This document shows positions 17,546 to 27,706 of a DNA stretch of 64,000 bases, piece after piece (position 1 is the stretch's first letter; the number at the start of each line of letters is the position of its first letter). The stretch lies in assembly GCA_964538455.1 (NCBI GenBank), contig CAZIDZ010000010.1, positions 12,239-76,238 on the forward strand. Direction: 5' to 3'. Source of the stretch: an uncultured bacterium. GTDB taxonomy: Bacteria > Electryoneota > Electryoneia > Electryoneales > Electryoneaceae. The position numbers were made by a program, and so were the translations under genes. The notes below the pieces were generated by a model. It ran no database searches and was not told where the DNA came from. It worked only from the letters and a program-made list of their open reading frames with translations.

Positions 17546-18727
17546 TCAGATAATCAATTCGAGATGAGCCTCTTCCTCGCTTTTCAAATCGACCTCTTCG
17601 GGGTCGATCGCGTGGCCCTGGGCATCGAGCGTAATCAGGACAATCGGTTTCGCATACTCGTGCGGATTGGCTTCCTTGATGTAACCGCGCGCACCATCCC
17701 ATTTGCCTGATGTGGTGGCCTTAATCCTGACCTCACTGCCCTGCGGGAAAAACTGGACGACCTTGGTCAGAGCACGGAGTACGTGCGGGTTGAAAACCGT
17801 TCCGGCTCCCTGCACCATCTCCGACACCGCGGCCTGGGGCGTATGGTGTTTGCCGTCGAACTCCCCCGAGAGGTAATTGTCGTACATATTGGCGACGGCG
17901 ACGATTTCAGCGTGGCGGAAGATCCGTGTCGGATCCACTTCAACCGTTTTCAACGGGGCGATATTGTCTCCTTTGAGCCCCTGTGGGAAACCCTTGCCAT
18001 CAGGGCGCTCGTGGTGCTGCAGGATGGTCGTCTGCTCGACATAGCTGTGCGGGTCCGACCCCTTGAGGATCAGCATTCCATAGGTGGGGTGTTCCCGAAG
18101 CAGCCACTTCTCCTGGAAGGAAAGCATGAAATCCTGCTTTCCGACCAGCTGCGGGAAGACTGTCTTGCCGATGTCGTGCAGCAACGACGCCGAACCGAGC
18201 AGTTTCAGCTCCTTGTACTCGTAGTTGAACTGCTGGCCGAGTAGAACGGCGAGCACGGCTGTGTCGATCGCGTGCTCGATCTCTTTTCCGGTCATGGTTT
18301 TCAGCGGCAGGCTGATGAGCAGGGAGACGTTGTTGTCGAGCAATTCCTCGACGATGCCCGAAACCGCCTTGTTCACCTCGCCCACGGGAAGGATTTTTTT
18401 CAGCGAAGGGTCGTCCGCAAGGCGATGTTTGAGATGCAGGGGGCTGGTGTGGACCCGGTCGAGCGATTTGGCCACCTCGCCGTAGGACTCGTGCAACCGT
18501 TTCGTTGCCGCCGAGCGAACCACTTCGGAGATCACATCGAGGGGCTTGATGTCCTTGGTGGCTTCGTCGAACAGGTAGAGGTTGTAATAGCCGTGCTTCT
18601 TCAGCAGGCGGAGCATATCGTCGGTAAGCTCGTACCCGGCCGCCAGCATCAGCTCTCCCTTCTCGCTGAAAAGGGATTTGCCGAGCACGTCGCCGACCTT
18701 CACCTGATCAAGCTTGATGCTCTTCAT
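17546..18727 (-). CDS. HD-GYP domain phosphodiesterase with N-terminal sensory domain
   Basis: LHDIGKTVFPQ and HHERPDGKGFPQGL motifs. Confidence 0.8.
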   Translation of the reverse strand: MKSIKLDQVKVGDVLGKSLFSEKGELMLAAGYELTDDMLRLLKKHGYYNLYLFDEATKDIKPLDVISEVVRSAATKRLHESYGEVAKSLDRVHTSPLHLKHRLADDPSLKKILPVGEVNKAVSGIVEELLDNNVSLLISLPLKTMTGKEIEHAIDTAVLAVLLGQQFNYEYKELKLLGSASLLHDIGKTVFPQLVGKQDFMLSFQEKWLLREHPTYGMLILKGSDPHSYVEQTTILQHHERPDGKGFPQGLKGDNIAPLKTVEVDPTRIFRHAEIVAVANMYDNYLSGEFDGKHHTPQAAVSEMVQGAGTVFNPHVLRALTKVVQFFPQGSEVRIKATTSGKWDGARGYIKEANPHEYAKPIVLITLDAQGHAIDPEEVDLKSEEEAHLELII

Positions 18728-18981
18728 TGCACCCCGTTACCGACCATACTTCTACTCTAGGAATACCTGATAGAAACCGACATTCCCCGCATGATTCGGA
18801 AAAAGACGCAGCTTCTTCAGCGAACTCAATATACAATAACGGGTTGTAAATTTGCTCCCGCTGGGGAATAGAGCAGAAAAAAGCCCAATAGCGAGAAAAG
18901 GGCCGGAAAATCGAACCGGTTCGGCACACATCCCGCTTTCAAGCAGCGGCGGGTATCTTTTGGGGCGACTGTAGACGGCAA

Positions 18982-19178
18982 CCCGGATTTTTAAATCCGG
19001 GATCCTCAAGGACGAAGTGTCTCTTTTTCCCGGAATCAAGATTCCGGGCTACGATTTTTACTCAGACATAACAACTGTGAAACCCGGGTTGACGAGCAAC
19101 CCGGGCCACCCGACAGATTCCGGGCTACACGCCCGTGCTGTTGAAAAGAAAACCCGATCGCCTTATCAACGACCGGGT
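18982..19178. repeat. cluster of four CCCGG-core stem-loops plus one half-site copy
   Basis: cccggat-ttttaa-atccggg (18982-19001). cccggaat-caag-attccggg (19029-19048). cccgggtt-gacgagc-aacccggg (19083-19105). Direct copy of agattccgggctac at about 19115. acccgatcg-N9-cgaccgggt (19152-19178). Confidence 0.45.
19143..19178 (-). terminator. rho-independent terminator of rplQ / alpha operon
   Basis: On the minus strand, hairpin ACCCGGUCG...CGAUCGGGU is followed by UUUCUUUUC, about 29 nt after the rplQ stop. Confidence 0.5.
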
Positions 19179-19206
19179 CGGATAGATCAAATTATGCGTG
19201 GGAAGG

Positions 19207-20034
19207 TTATTTCTTCTTCCCTTTGGTACCGGATTTCGAAGCGTCCGCCTTGGGCTTCGTTGACTTCTTTGCAGCGGAACCGGTCTTCGGCTTGGCGGAT
19301 TTCGGGGCGGCTTTTGGCTTGGCCGCTTTCTCCTTGGCGGGAGCCTCCGCCTTGGCCTTTTTCTCCGTCTTCTTCCCGGCGGAGGGCTTGGCAGCCTTGC
19401 CGGCTTTTTCGTCCTTCTTCGCGGCGGCTTTCTTCGCAGCGGGCTTCTTCGGGGCAGGTTTCTTCTTCGTGGCAGCCTTTTTCGGAGCGGCTTTCTTTGG
19501 CTTCTCCCCGGCCTTCTTCTCCGGCTTCGGCTCCGCAGGCTCTGCTACGGCTGGCTCCGTCCCGGCTGCTTCGGCGGCTTCTTCCTCTTCCGCGGCCTCA
19601 GCGGCCTTCTCCTCGGCCTGCTTCGGCTTGGCGGTCTTCTTCGCGGCGGGCTTGCGCTTCTTCTTGGTCTCATCCGCGGCAAAGCCGACCAGCTCGAGGA
19701 TCGCCATTTCGGCGCCGTCGCCGTGACGGTTGTCGAGCTTGACAATCCGCGTGTAGCCGCCGTTGCGGTCACGGAACTTCGGGCCGATTTTCTCGAAGAG
19801 TTCCTTAACGGTATCCCGGCTGCGCAGCTTCGAAAGCACGTGGCGGCGCGCGGCAACGTCACCCCTGCGCGCAAAGGTGATGATCCGCTCGGCGAAACGG
19901 CGTGCGGCGCGCGCCTTGGGCAGCGTTGTGATAATCTTCTTGTGGGTGACCAGCGCTGTGGTCAGGTTCGCCAGCAACGCCTTGCGGTGTGCCGGCGTGC
20001 GGTTAAGCCCCACATTGTTTTTGCGGTGACGCAC
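19207..20034 (-). CDS. rplQ: 50S ribosomal protein L17 with about 150-aa Lys/Ala/Pro-rich C-terminal extension
   Basis: N-terminal 120 aa are canonical L17 (MRHRKNNVGLNRTPAHRKALLANL...GYTRIVKL). The C-terminal tail has histone-H1-like KPAAKK/AAKK repeats. Confidence 0.85.
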   Translation of the reverse strand: MRHRKNNVGLNRTPAHRKALLANLTTALVTHKKIITTLPKARAARRFAERIITFARRGDVAARRHVLSKLRSRDTVKELFEKIGPKFRDRNGGYTRIVKLDNRHGDGAEMAILELVGFAADETKKKRKPAAKKTAKPKQAEEKAAEAAEEEEAAEAAGTEPAVAEPAEPKPEKKAGEKPKKAAPKKAATKKKPAPKKPAAKKAAAKKDEKAGKAAKPSAGKKTEKKAKAEAPAKEKAAKPKAAPKSAKPKTGSAAKKSTKPKADASKSGTKGKKK

Positions 20035-20111
20035 GGTTCAACTCCTTGCGTGCTCCGGCGATCCGGCTGAAACATCATCGTTTCGTCCGGCCGCCAAAGC
20101 TTCAACCGGGA

Positions 20112-21110
20112 TCAGGCGCTGGCCTCGGACCCCAGGTACTTGTCCACGTCCATGCCGAACTCGAGACCCTTGCCCTCGAGCTTTTCCTGAAGCTCGACGT
20201 AGGATTTGCGGCCGAAATTCTTGAAGTTCAGCAGCTCATCCTCGGTGTGCTTGACGAGATCGGCCACGGACTTAATCGCCGCGTCCTTGAGGCAGTTGGC
20301 GCTGCGTACGGAGAGCTCGAGGCTCTCAACGGGCTGCTTCAGCAGCTTACGGATTCGCAGCACCTCCTCGTCGATCTCCTGCTCGGGTTCTTCCTCGGCC
20401 GTCTGGTCGAGGTTGATGAAGAGCTGGATGTGATCGCGGAGGATCTTCGCCGCCTGGCTGAGCGCGTCGTCCGGCGTAATGCTGCCGTCGGTCCAGATCT
20501 CGAGGTTCAGCTTTTCATAGTCCGTGCGCTGACCAACGCGCGTGTTCTCGACGCTGAAGGTGACATTGCGCACCGGGCTGAAGATGCTGTCGATCGGGAT
20601 CGTACCGATGGACATGTTGGCCTCGCGGTTCTCGTCGGCGGTGAAATAGCCGCGCCCGCGCTTGATCGTCAGCTCAATCGAGAAGCTTGCCTCCTCGGTG
20701 AGCGTGGCGATGTGGTGTTCGGGGTTGAGGACCTCGAAATCGGTGTTGCCCTTTTGCAGGTCCGCGGCGGTAAACTCGCCGACGCCCTTGAACGAGAGGG
20801 TCACCTTGTTCGGCCGCTTGTTGAGCAGCTTGAGGCGAACCTCCTTGAGGTTGAGCACGATTTCGGCGGCATCCTCGATCACGCCGGGGATGGTCGAAAA
20901 TTCGTGCAGCACCGCGGGCTCGGCCTCGATGCGCACGGCACTGATCGCAGCTCCCTGAAGGGAGGCGAGCAGCACGCGGCGCAGGCTGTTGCCAATGGTC
21001 ACACCAAAACCACGCTCGAGCGGGTGGACGAAGAACTTGCCGTACGTGGCACAGTAGGTACCCTCGTCCAGCTCGATGATTTCCGGCATCTGAAAGTTCA
21101 GGGTGCTCAT
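20112..21110 (-). CDS. rpoA: DNA-directed RNA polymerase subunit alpha
   Basis: MSTLNFQMPEIIELDE...GNSLRRVLLASLQGAA. Confidence 0.95.
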   Translation of the reverse strand: MSTLNFQMPEIIELDEGTYCATYGKFFVHPLERGFGVTIGNSLRRVLLASLQGAAISAVRIEAEPAVLHEFSTIPGVIEDAAEIVLNLKEVRLKLLNKRPNKVTLSFKGVGEFTAADLQKGNTDFEVLNPEHHIATLTEEASFSIELTIKRGRGYFTADENREANMSIGTIPIDSIFSPVRNVTFSVENTRVGQRTDYEKLNLEIWTDGSITPDDALSQAAKILRDHIQLFINLDQTAEEEPEQEIDEEVLRIRKLLKQPVESLELSVRSANCLKDAAIKSVADLVKHTEDELLNFKNFGRKSYVELQEKLEGKGLEFGMDVDKYLGSEASA

Positions 21111-21137
21111 TCAGGTTCTCCCTGAAGCGAATGAACG

Positions 21138-21767
21138 TTACTTCGAGTACAACTCGACGACGGCCTGCTCGTTGACGTCGAGCGGGATGTCCGTACGTGC
21201 GGGCAACTGGGTCATGCGTCCCTCGAGCTTCGCTTTGTCGAGCTCGAGGTGCTGAGCCAGCTTGCCCTCCTTGACACGGCGCAGGCTGTCATGGATAACC
21301 GACGTCCGCCGGCTCTGGGGCTTGACCCGGACGACGTCGCCGGGATTGACCAGGAAGCTTGGGATGTCGACGATGTGGTCGTTGACCGTGAAATGACGGT
21401 GCCGCACGAGTTGACGCGCTGCTCGAAGACTCGGCGCGAACCCGAGGCGATAAACCACGTTATCGAGGCGTCGCTCGAGCATCTGCAACAGGTTTTCACC
21501 AGTGATGCCCTTCTGGCGGTTCGCCTCTTCGTAGTAGTTGCGGAACTGCGCTTCGAGCACGCCGTAGATGCGACGGATCTTCTGCTTCTCCCGCAACTGG
21601 ATGCCGTACTCGCTGCGTTTGCGGCGGCGTCCCTGGCCATGCTGGCCGGGGGCGAACTCCTTGCGCTCGAACGAGCATTTCGGTCCGTAGCAACGTTCGC
21701 CCTTGAGGTACAGTTTTTGACCCTCGCGGCGGCAAAGCTTGCAGACCGGGCCAGTGTAACGAGCCAT
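21138..21767 (-). CDS. rpsD: 30S ribosomal protein S4
   Basis: MARYTGPVCKLCRREGQKLYLKGERCYGPKC. Start refined from the track ORF. Confidence 0.95.
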   Translation of the reverse strand: MARYTGPVCKLCRREGQKLYLKGERCYGPKCSFERKEFAPGQHGQGRRRKRSEYGIQLREKQKIRRIYGVLEAQFRNYYEEANRQKGITGENLLQMLERRLDNVVYRLGFAPSLRAARQLVRHRHFTVNDHIVDIPSFLVNPGDVVRVKPQSRRTSVIHDSLRRVKEGKLAQHLELDKAKLEGRMTQLPARTDIPLDVNEQAVVELYSK

Positions 21768-21941
21768 GCTGTATCCTGCCTTTCGTTGTGAGGGGACAGT
21801 TCCGACGGGTCGGAACACCCGTTTACAATCCCGACGGGTCGGGACCTTCCTCCGGATCGGGCGCCCTCATGTCTGTCCTCACCCCCTGCCCATCGTGGGG
21901 GCCTTCCGCTTTTCGCGGGAGGGAACGAGATTGAATCCCAG

Positions 21942-22328
21942 TTATACCCGGCGCCGTTTTTTCGGACGGCACCCGTTGTGAGGAATCGGGGTGACGTCCC
22001 GGATCGCCGTAATCAACAAACCTGCGGTGGCGAGTGCGCGAATCGCGGATTCGCGCCCGGCACCCGGACCCTTGACCAACACCTGGACGCGGCGCATGCC
22101 GAGGTCCATCGCCAGTTTTGCCGCGTTCGTCGCGGCCTGAGTCGCGGCGAACGGCGTGTTCTTTCGCGAACCCTTCAAACCGACACGGCCGGCCGAGGAC
22201 CAGGAGACCACGTTGCCGTACTGGTCGGTGAGCGTCACGATCGTATTGTTAAACGATGACTTGACGTAGGCCAGACCGTTGGCGTCAACCTTTTCTTTCT
22301 TCTTTCCGCGCTTTTTGGGAGCGGCCAT
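21942..22328 (-). CDS. rpsK: 30S ribosomal protein S11
   Basis: [16 protein letters not shown]... Confidence 0.95.
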   Translation of the reverse strand: MAAPKKRGKKKEKVDANGLAYVKSSFNNTIVTLTDQYGNVVSWSSAGRVGLKGSRKNTPFAATQAATNAAKLAMDLGMRRVQVLVKGPGAGRESAIRALATAGLLITAIRDVTPIPHNGCRPKKRRRV

Positions 22329-22355
22329 CGCTGACTGTCCTTTCCGTACAGCTCC

Positions 22356-22724
22356 TTACTTCTTCCTGTTCACCGGGCCACGTTTGCGGCCTTTTCGCGT
22401 GCGCGAATTGTTCTTGGTGTTCTGCCCGCGCACGGGAAGACCACGGCGGTGACGCAGACCGCGATAGCAGCCGATGTCCATCAGACGCTTGATATTCATC
22501 TGGACTTCGGTGCGGAGCGGACCTTCAACCTTGTGGTTCGCGTTGATTTCCTCGCGAATCAGGCGCACCTGTTCATCGGTAAGATCGCGCACCTTGATTC
22601 CGCCGTCCACGCCCGTCGCCTGACAAATCTGGCTCGCCCTGGTGCGGCCGATGCCGTAGATGTAGGTCAGGGCGATGTCCGCCCGTTTTTCGTTGGGAAG
22701 GTCGATCCCTGCAATTCGTGCCAT
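22356..22724 (-). CDS. rpsM: 30S ribosomal protein S13
   Basis: [10 protein letters not shown]... Confidence 0.95.
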   Translation of the reverse strand: MARIAGIDLPNEKRADIALTYIYGIGRTRASQICQATGVDGGIKVRDLTDEQVRLIREEINANHKVEGPLRTEVQMNIKRLMDIGCYRGLRHRRGLPVRGQNTKNNSRTRKGRKRGPVNRKK

Positions 22725-22728
22725 GATT

Positions 22729-22845
22729 TTACCCCTGACGCTGCTTGTGCTTGGGGTTCTTGCTGCAGATCACACGCACGACACCACGCCTGCGGATGAT
22801 CTTGCAGTGCTCACAAATCTTTTTCACTGACGTGCGGACCTTCAT
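22729..22845 (-). CDS. rpmJ: 50S ribosomal protein L36 (38 aa; absent from the track because it is under 60 aa)
   Basis: Minus-strand translation gives [38 protein letters not shown]. Confidence 0.9.
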   Translation of the reverse strand: MKVRTSVKKICEHCKIIRRRGVVRVICSKNPKHKQRQG

Positions 22846-22883
22846 CGTACTCGTCCTTTCCGCCCTTCGCGTGACAAGCCGTG

Positions 22884-23102
22884 CTACTTGTAGCGATAGA
22901 CAATCCGCCCGCGCGAAAGGTCGTAAGGCGAAAGCTCCACCGTCACCTTGTCGCCGGGAAGGATGCGAATATAATGCATCCTCATCTTGCCCGAAATATG
23001 AGAAAGCACCCGGTGCCCCCCCTCGAGCTCAACCAGAAAGGTCGCGTTCGGGAGTGTTTCCACGATCGTACCGTCCATCTTGATCGCTTCTTCTTTCGCC
23101 AC
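22884..23102 (-). CDS. infA: translation initiation factor IF-1
   Basis: [53 protein letters not shown]. Confidence 0.95.
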   Translation of the reverse strand: MAKEEAIKMDGTIVETLPNATFLVELEGGHRVLSHISGKMRMHYIRILPGDKVTVELSPYDLSRGRIVYRYK

Positions 23103-23114
23103 AGGGGCTTCCTC

Positions 23115-23891
23115 TCAGTTAGCGTCCGGCGTCAACACCCGCGGGCCGTCCGCCAGGATCGCGATCATGTGTTCAAAATGTGCGCTGGGCTGGTTGTCCG
23201 CAGTGACAATCGTCCAGCCGTCGTCCAACACCTTCACTTCGAAGGTGCCCATGTTGACCATCGGTTCCACGCAGAGGACCATGCCCTCGCGCAATTTCAG
23301 GCCGCGGCCCGCCTTGCCGTAGTTGGGCACCTGCGGCTGTTCCCAGAGCTCCTGCCCAATGCCGTGGCCCACCAGCTCCCGGACCACCGAAAAACCCCTT
23401 GCCTCCACGTAGCTCTGGACCGCATGGCCGATGTCCCCGAGAAAATTTCCGGGGAGCATCACCTTCACCGCTTCCTGAAGCGCCTCCCAGGTTGCGGCGA
23501 CGAGCTCCCGCTTCCGCTCGTCGGCATCGTCGCCGACGATATAGGTGCGGGCGGCATCACCGTACCAGCCGCTTTTCGTCCGCACCCCGATGTCCACCGA
23601 AAGGATCTGTCCCGCTTTCAGCGGCTCATCTTTCGGAAAACCGTGCACCACCTGCTCGTCCGGCGACATGCAGGTGATCGACGGGAAGGGCACTGCTCCC
23701 GAAGGACCGGCGAGTCCCTTCCAGGCGGGTTTCGCACCCGCTTTCAGCACATGGTTTTCAACCGCATCGTCGATTTCACGCGTGGTGATTCCGGTCTTCA
23801 CCATTTCCCGCGCGAGAGCGTGACACTCCATGACCAGCGCTCCTGCACGGGCGAGCTGCTCGATCTGCTCGGGGGTTTTGACCCGAATCAT
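23115..23891 (-). CDS. map: methionine aminopeptidase type I
   Basis: M24 pita-bread fold motifs. Confidence 0.9.
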   Translation of the reverse strand: MIRVKTPEQIEQLARAGALVMECHALAREMVKTGITTREIDDAVENHVLKAGAKPAWKGLAGPSGAVPFPSITCMSPDEQVVHGFPKDEPLKAGQILSVDIGVRTKSGWYGDAARTYIVGDDADERKRELVAATWEALQEAVKVMLPGNFLGDIGHAVQSYVEARGFSVVRELVGHGIGQELWEQPQVPNYGKAGRGLKLREGMVLCVEPMVNMGTFEVKVLDDGWTIVTADNQPSAHFEHMIAILADGPRVLTPDAN

Positions 23892-23913
23892 TCAAGTTCT
23901 CCACCCGGACGCT

Positions 23914-24558
23914 TCAGGCGTCCAGAACGTCCTTGATCTCCGCCTCGACGGCTTTCACACCCTGATCGCCGTCGATCGCCGTCAGGAGGCCTCGTTGCCG
24001 ATAATAGTCGGCAAGCGGCTCCGTTTGCGCGTGGTAAACACGCAGCCTGTTCGCGATCACCTCCGGCCGGTCATCCTTGCGCAACTCCAGCCCTTCGCGT
24101 CCGCAATTGTCGCAGACGTTCTCGACCTTCGGCGGCGCGGACAGCAAATTGTACACGGCACCGCAGACGGGGCAGCTCCGGCGCGCGGAGATACGGTTGA
24201 TAACCGTCTTGTCCGCAACCACGAGTTCGAGCACGCGGTCAAGCTTCTTGCCCATCTGATCCAGCAGGCGGTCCAGCCCTTCCGCCTGGGCGATGGTTCT
24301 CGGAAATCCGTCAAAGATCACGCATCGTTCACCCTGTTCGGCCAACCACTCGCCGACCAACCCGAGGACGATACTGTCCGGCACCAGATCACCGACATCC
24401 ATGTATTTCTTTGCGGACCTTCCCAGTTCGGTTCGCTCCCGGATTGCCGTTCGCAACAGGTCCCCGGTCGACAACTGAACAGCCTCCAGGCGTTTGATCA
24501 GAAACTGTGCCTGCGTGCCCTTGCCCACCCCCGGAGGGCCAAGCAGGATGATCCGCAT
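23914..24558 (-). CDS. adk: adenylate kinase
   Basis: MRIILLGPPGVGKGTQAQ P-loop. Start refined. Confidence 0.9.
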   Translation of the reverse strand: MRIILLGPPGVGKGTQAQFLIKRLEAVQLSTGDLLRTAIRERTELGRSAKKYMDVGDLVPDSIVLGLVGEWLAEQGERCVIFDGFPRTIAQAEGLDRLLDQMGKKLDRVLELVVADKTVINRISARRSCPVCGAVYNLLSAPPKVENVCDNCGREGLELRKDDRPEVIANRLRVYHAQTEPLADYYRQRGLLTAIDGDQGVKAVEAEIKDVLDA

Positions 24559-24609
24559 CCGCGCTCCCCTTTTGCTGGTTGCACTCGCCAGTCCCACAGC
24601 GGAACGAGG

Positions 24610-25935
24610 CTACATCCTCCGGCGGCCCTTCAGCCGTCCCGATTTCATCAGCCCGTCATAATGCCGCATCAGCAAGTGGCTGTCTATCTGCTGGAGCGTG
24701 TCGAGCGCGACGCCGACGACGATCAGCAGCGATGTTCCGCCGTACAAGCTGTACAGGTTCGCGCCGATATTGGTAAACTTTCCGAGCAGCGTCGGGAAGA
24801 TCGCGATCAGCGCCAGGAAGATCGACCCCGGCAGGGTGATCTTCGTCAAAATGTTGTCAAGAAACTCGGCCGTTTTCTTACCCGGCTTCACACCCGGGAT
24901 CAGCCCGCCATACTTCTTCAGGTTGTTCGACACGTCCACCGGGTTGAACGCGATGGCCGTGTAGAAATACGTGAAGAAGATGATCAACAGCGAATAGAAG
25001 AACATGTAAATATAGCTGTTATAGCGAAATGCGCTGTTCAGCCAGTCCTGAAACCCGCCCGCGGGGAGGAATGTCGACACCGTCTGCGGCAGAAACATAA
25101 TCGTCTGCGCAAAGATGATCGGCATCACACCCGCCGTGTTCACACGAAGCGGAATGTGCGTCGACTGCCCGCCGTACATTTTCCGGCCGACGACACGTTT
25201 GGTGTACGTCACCGGAATTTTTCTCTGTCCCTGGGTCAGGGCCACCACCGCGGCCGTGGTCAGGAACAGGATCGCAACCAGGGCGAGCTCCATGAACATG
25301 GACCGCACACCCTGCTGCATCAGCTGAAACTCGTCGAGAAACGCGTAGGGGAAACGGTCGATGATCCCGATGAAAATGATCAAGCTGATCCCGTTCCCGA
25401 TGCCGCGCTCATCAATCTGCTCGCCGAGCCACATGATGAAGATCGTCCCCGCCGTCAGGGTGATCATCACCAGGAAATAAAACCCAAGCCCCGGGTTCGG
25501 CACCACGCGGGCCGAACCGATCTGAATCCCGGACAGGAACGCCGTGACGCCGATAGACTGGAGCGCGGCGATGCCCACTGTCCCATACCGCGTCAACTGC
25601 GTGATCTTCTTTCGCCCCTCTTCCCCCTGCTCCTGCAAGCGGTGGAAATAGGGCACCACCGACGCGAGCAGCTGAATGATGATCGACGCGGAGATGTAGG
25701 GCATGATGCCCTCCGCGAAGATCGTCGCGCGGGAGAGGTTTCCTCCAGCGAACAGGTCATAGAGGCCGAACAGTGTGTTCGCCCGCTGCTGGAAGAACTG
25801 TCCGAGCACGCTCGCGTCGATCCCGGGTACGGGGATATGCCCCCCGAGCCGGTAGATCACGAAGATGCCAAGCGTGAAAATGATCCGCTTACGCAGCTCC
25901 GGGATTTTGAAGATATTGCGAAGCTTTTCAAGCAT
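24610..25935 (-). CDS. secY: preprotein translocase subunit SecY
   Basis: 10-TM SecY. Confidence 0.95.
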   Translation of the reverse strand: MLEKLRNIFKIPELRKRIIFTLGIFVIYRLGGHIPVPGIDASVLGQFFQQRANTLFGLYDLFAGGNLSRATIFAEGIMPYISASIIIQLLASVVPYFHRLQEQGEEGRKKITQLTRYGTVGIAALQSIGVTAFLSGIQIGSARVVPNPGLGFYFLVMITLTAGTIFIMWLGEQIDERGIGNGISLIIFIGIIDRFPYAFLDEFQLMQQGVRSMFMELALVAILFLTTAAVVALTQGQRKIPVTYTKRVVGRKMYGGQSTHIPLRVNTAGVMPIIFAQTIMFLPQTVSTFLPAGGFQDWLNSAFRYNSYIYMFFYSLLIIFFTYFYTAIAFNPVDVSNNLKKYGGLIPGVKPGKKTAEFLDNILTKITLPGSIFLALIAIFPTLLGKFTNIGANLYSLYGGTSLLIVVGVALDTLQQIDSHLLMRHYDGLMKSGRLKGRRRM

Positions 25936-25956
25936 CTCGGGTCCCCGTCTGACGCC

Positions 25957-26469
25957 TTACCCGGCGTCCTGCTCCACGCGCTTTTCCTTTTTCACCAGCT
26001 TGCCACGTTTTTTCGGCGCGGGGGCTGGCAGGTTCACCTTACCGCCGGCCTTCTCGACCTTTTCGACCGCGGCCTTGCTCGCCGCCGTCACCGTGATCGT
26101 GTACGCCTTGTCCAACTCACCGACACCCAGCAGCTTGACCGGCTTGTTCACATCGCGGATCAAGCCCTGCGCGGCGAGGACTTCGGGAGTAACCTCCGTA
26201 ACCTTTCCAAGCCGGGCGAGGTCGCGAAGGTTGATTTCCTGAACCTGTTCGCGCCAGATGTTGGTAAATCCACGCTTCGGAAGCCGGCGGTGGATCGGCA
26301 TCTGGCCGCCCTCAAATCCCGCTTTACGCTTATAGCCGCTGCGGCTCTGCTGGCCCTTGTGGCCGCGTCCGGCGGTTCTTCCGATCCCGCTGCCGGGACC
26401 TCGTCCACGGCGTTTCTTGCTGTGCGTGGAGCCCGGTTTGGGGCTCAAGTTGCTCAGTTCTTTCGGCAT
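25957..26469 (-). CDS. rplO: 50S ribosomal protein L15
   Basis: [25 protein letters not shown]. Confidence 0.9.
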   Translation of the reverse strand: MPKELSNLSPKPGSTHSKKRRGRGPGSGIGRTAGRGHKGQQSRSGYKRKAGFEGGQMPIHRRLPKRGFTNIWREQVQEINLRDLARLGKVTEVTPEVLAAQGLIRDVNKPVKLLGVGELDKAYTITVTAASKAAVEKVEKAGGKVNLPAPAPKKRGKLVKKEKRVEQDAG

Positions 26470-26559
26470 GACTCGGTTGCCCTTTTCGCCGTTGCCTGCT
26501 ATCCTGGCCGCCTCCGAGATACGCGAACTGCATCCCCGGAGCGTGAACGGCCACCCTGA

Positions 26560-26763
26560 TTATCCTTCGACGCTCTCGACCTTGATCAGGTGGGAGATTT
26601 TGTTCACCATCCCACGAATCGTCGGCGAGTCGTCATGAACGACACTCTGGTTCAGCCTGTGAAGGCCCAGCGCCCTGACGACGCGGTCCTGGTTCTGCTT
26701 GCGGCCGATCGTGCTGCGCACCCAGGTGATGCGGAGCCGGCCGGATTTCTTCTTCGCGCTCAC
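26560..26763 (-). CDS. rpmD: 50S ribosomal protein L30
   Basis: [25 protein letters not shown]. Confidence 0.85.
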   Translation of the reverse strand: MSAKKKSGRLRITWVRSTIGRKQNQDRVVRALGLHRLNQSVVHDDSPTIRGMVNKISHLIKVESVEG

Positions 26764-27290
26764 AGGTCAAGCACCTCCTTGACCGTCTTGCCCCGCTTGT
26801 AGGCGACGTGTTCGACGCTCTCCATCGTTTCCAGCGCCTGAAAGGTCGCCTTAACGAGATTGTGCGGGTTGCGGCTGCCCAGGCTTTTTGTCAGCACGTC
26901 TCGCACGCCCAGCGCCTCGAGCACAGCGCGCACCGCACCGCCGGCGATCACACCGGTACCGGGGGCGGCGGGCTTGATCATCACTTTCGCCGCGCCGTAG
27001 CGGCCAACGATTTCATGCGGCAGCGTGTTGCCAACAACCGGATAACGTTTCATCGAACGCTTCGCGATTTCGCCGCCCTTGGTGATCGCTTCCGTGACTT
27101 CCCGGGCGCGGCCAAGGCCCTGTCCCACACGGCCTTTGCCATCCCCAATCACAACGATCGCGGTGAAGGTGAAGTTGCGGCCGCCTTTAACAACCTTGGC
27201 GACGCGGGCGATGTTGACAACCTTTTCAATCAGCCCAAGGTCGGCCGCGGCGGGGGCACGGTCTTCGTTTCTGCTGCTACGTCGGTTCAC
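26760..27290 (-). CDS. rpsE: 30S ribosomal protein S5
   Basis: [23 protein letters not shown]. Confidence 0.95.
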   Translation of the reverse strand: MNRRSSRNEDRAPAAADLGLIEKVVNIARVAKVVKGGRNFTFTAIVVIGDGKGRVGQGLGRAREVTEAITKGGEIAKRSMKRYPVVGNTLPHEIVGRYGAAKVMIKPAAPGTGVIAGGAVRAVLEALGVRDVLTKSLGSRNPHNLVKATFQALETMESVEHVAYKRGKTVKEVLDL

Positions 27291-27703
27291 AGTTCAAGTC
27301 CCCCTTTCCGGGCACCTTCCGCGATGGCGCGAACACGGCCGTGGTAGCGAAGGCCGTTGCGATCGAAGACAACCGTCTTGATCCCCTTTTCCTTCGCTTT
27401 CGCGGCGACCGCCTGGCCGAGCCTGTACGCTTCTGCAACACGGCGTGACATCGGCAGCCTCTTGCCTTCGATTTCGAAGTTTTCGCCGTCCTCCGGCAAT
27501 TCAAATGCTTCCAGCTTTTCGGTGCGCGTGCTCACCCCGAACAGCGTCTGGCCCTGGTCGTCGTCCACCAGCGAAACCGCCATGTACTTCAGCGACCGGT
27601 TGACCACCAAGCGGGGACGCTCGCTGGTGCCGCTGACCCGCTTGCGGACTCTCATTTTGCGGCGCTGATGCGCCCGCTTGCTCTTTTCGAGTTTCGTCGC
27701 CAT
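27287..27703 (-). CDS. rplR: 50S ribosomal protein L18
   Basis: Conserved position and composition. Confidence 0.9.
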   Translation of the reverse strand: MATKLEKSKRAHQRRKMRVRKRVSGTSERPRLVVNRSLKYMAVSLVDDDQGQTLFGVSTRTEKLEAFELPEDGENFEIEGKRLPMSRRVAEAYRLGQAVAAKAKEKGIKTVVFDRNGLRYHGRVRAIAEGARKGGLEL

Positions 27704-27706
27704 GAG

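Noticed and set aside
18895-18925. GGTTCGATTTTCCGG, a tRNA T-arm-like motif suggesting a tRNA upstream of the HD-GYP gene.
   Set aside because: No acceptor/D/anticodon arms can be built; it is only a local palindrome (CGAACCGGTTCG).
20046-26559. + strand ORFs 20046..21125 (antisense rpoA), 22881..23936 and 23830..26559 (antisense map/adk/secY).
   Set aside because: Same GC-rich antisense artefact. The conserved genes on the minus strand account for the region.
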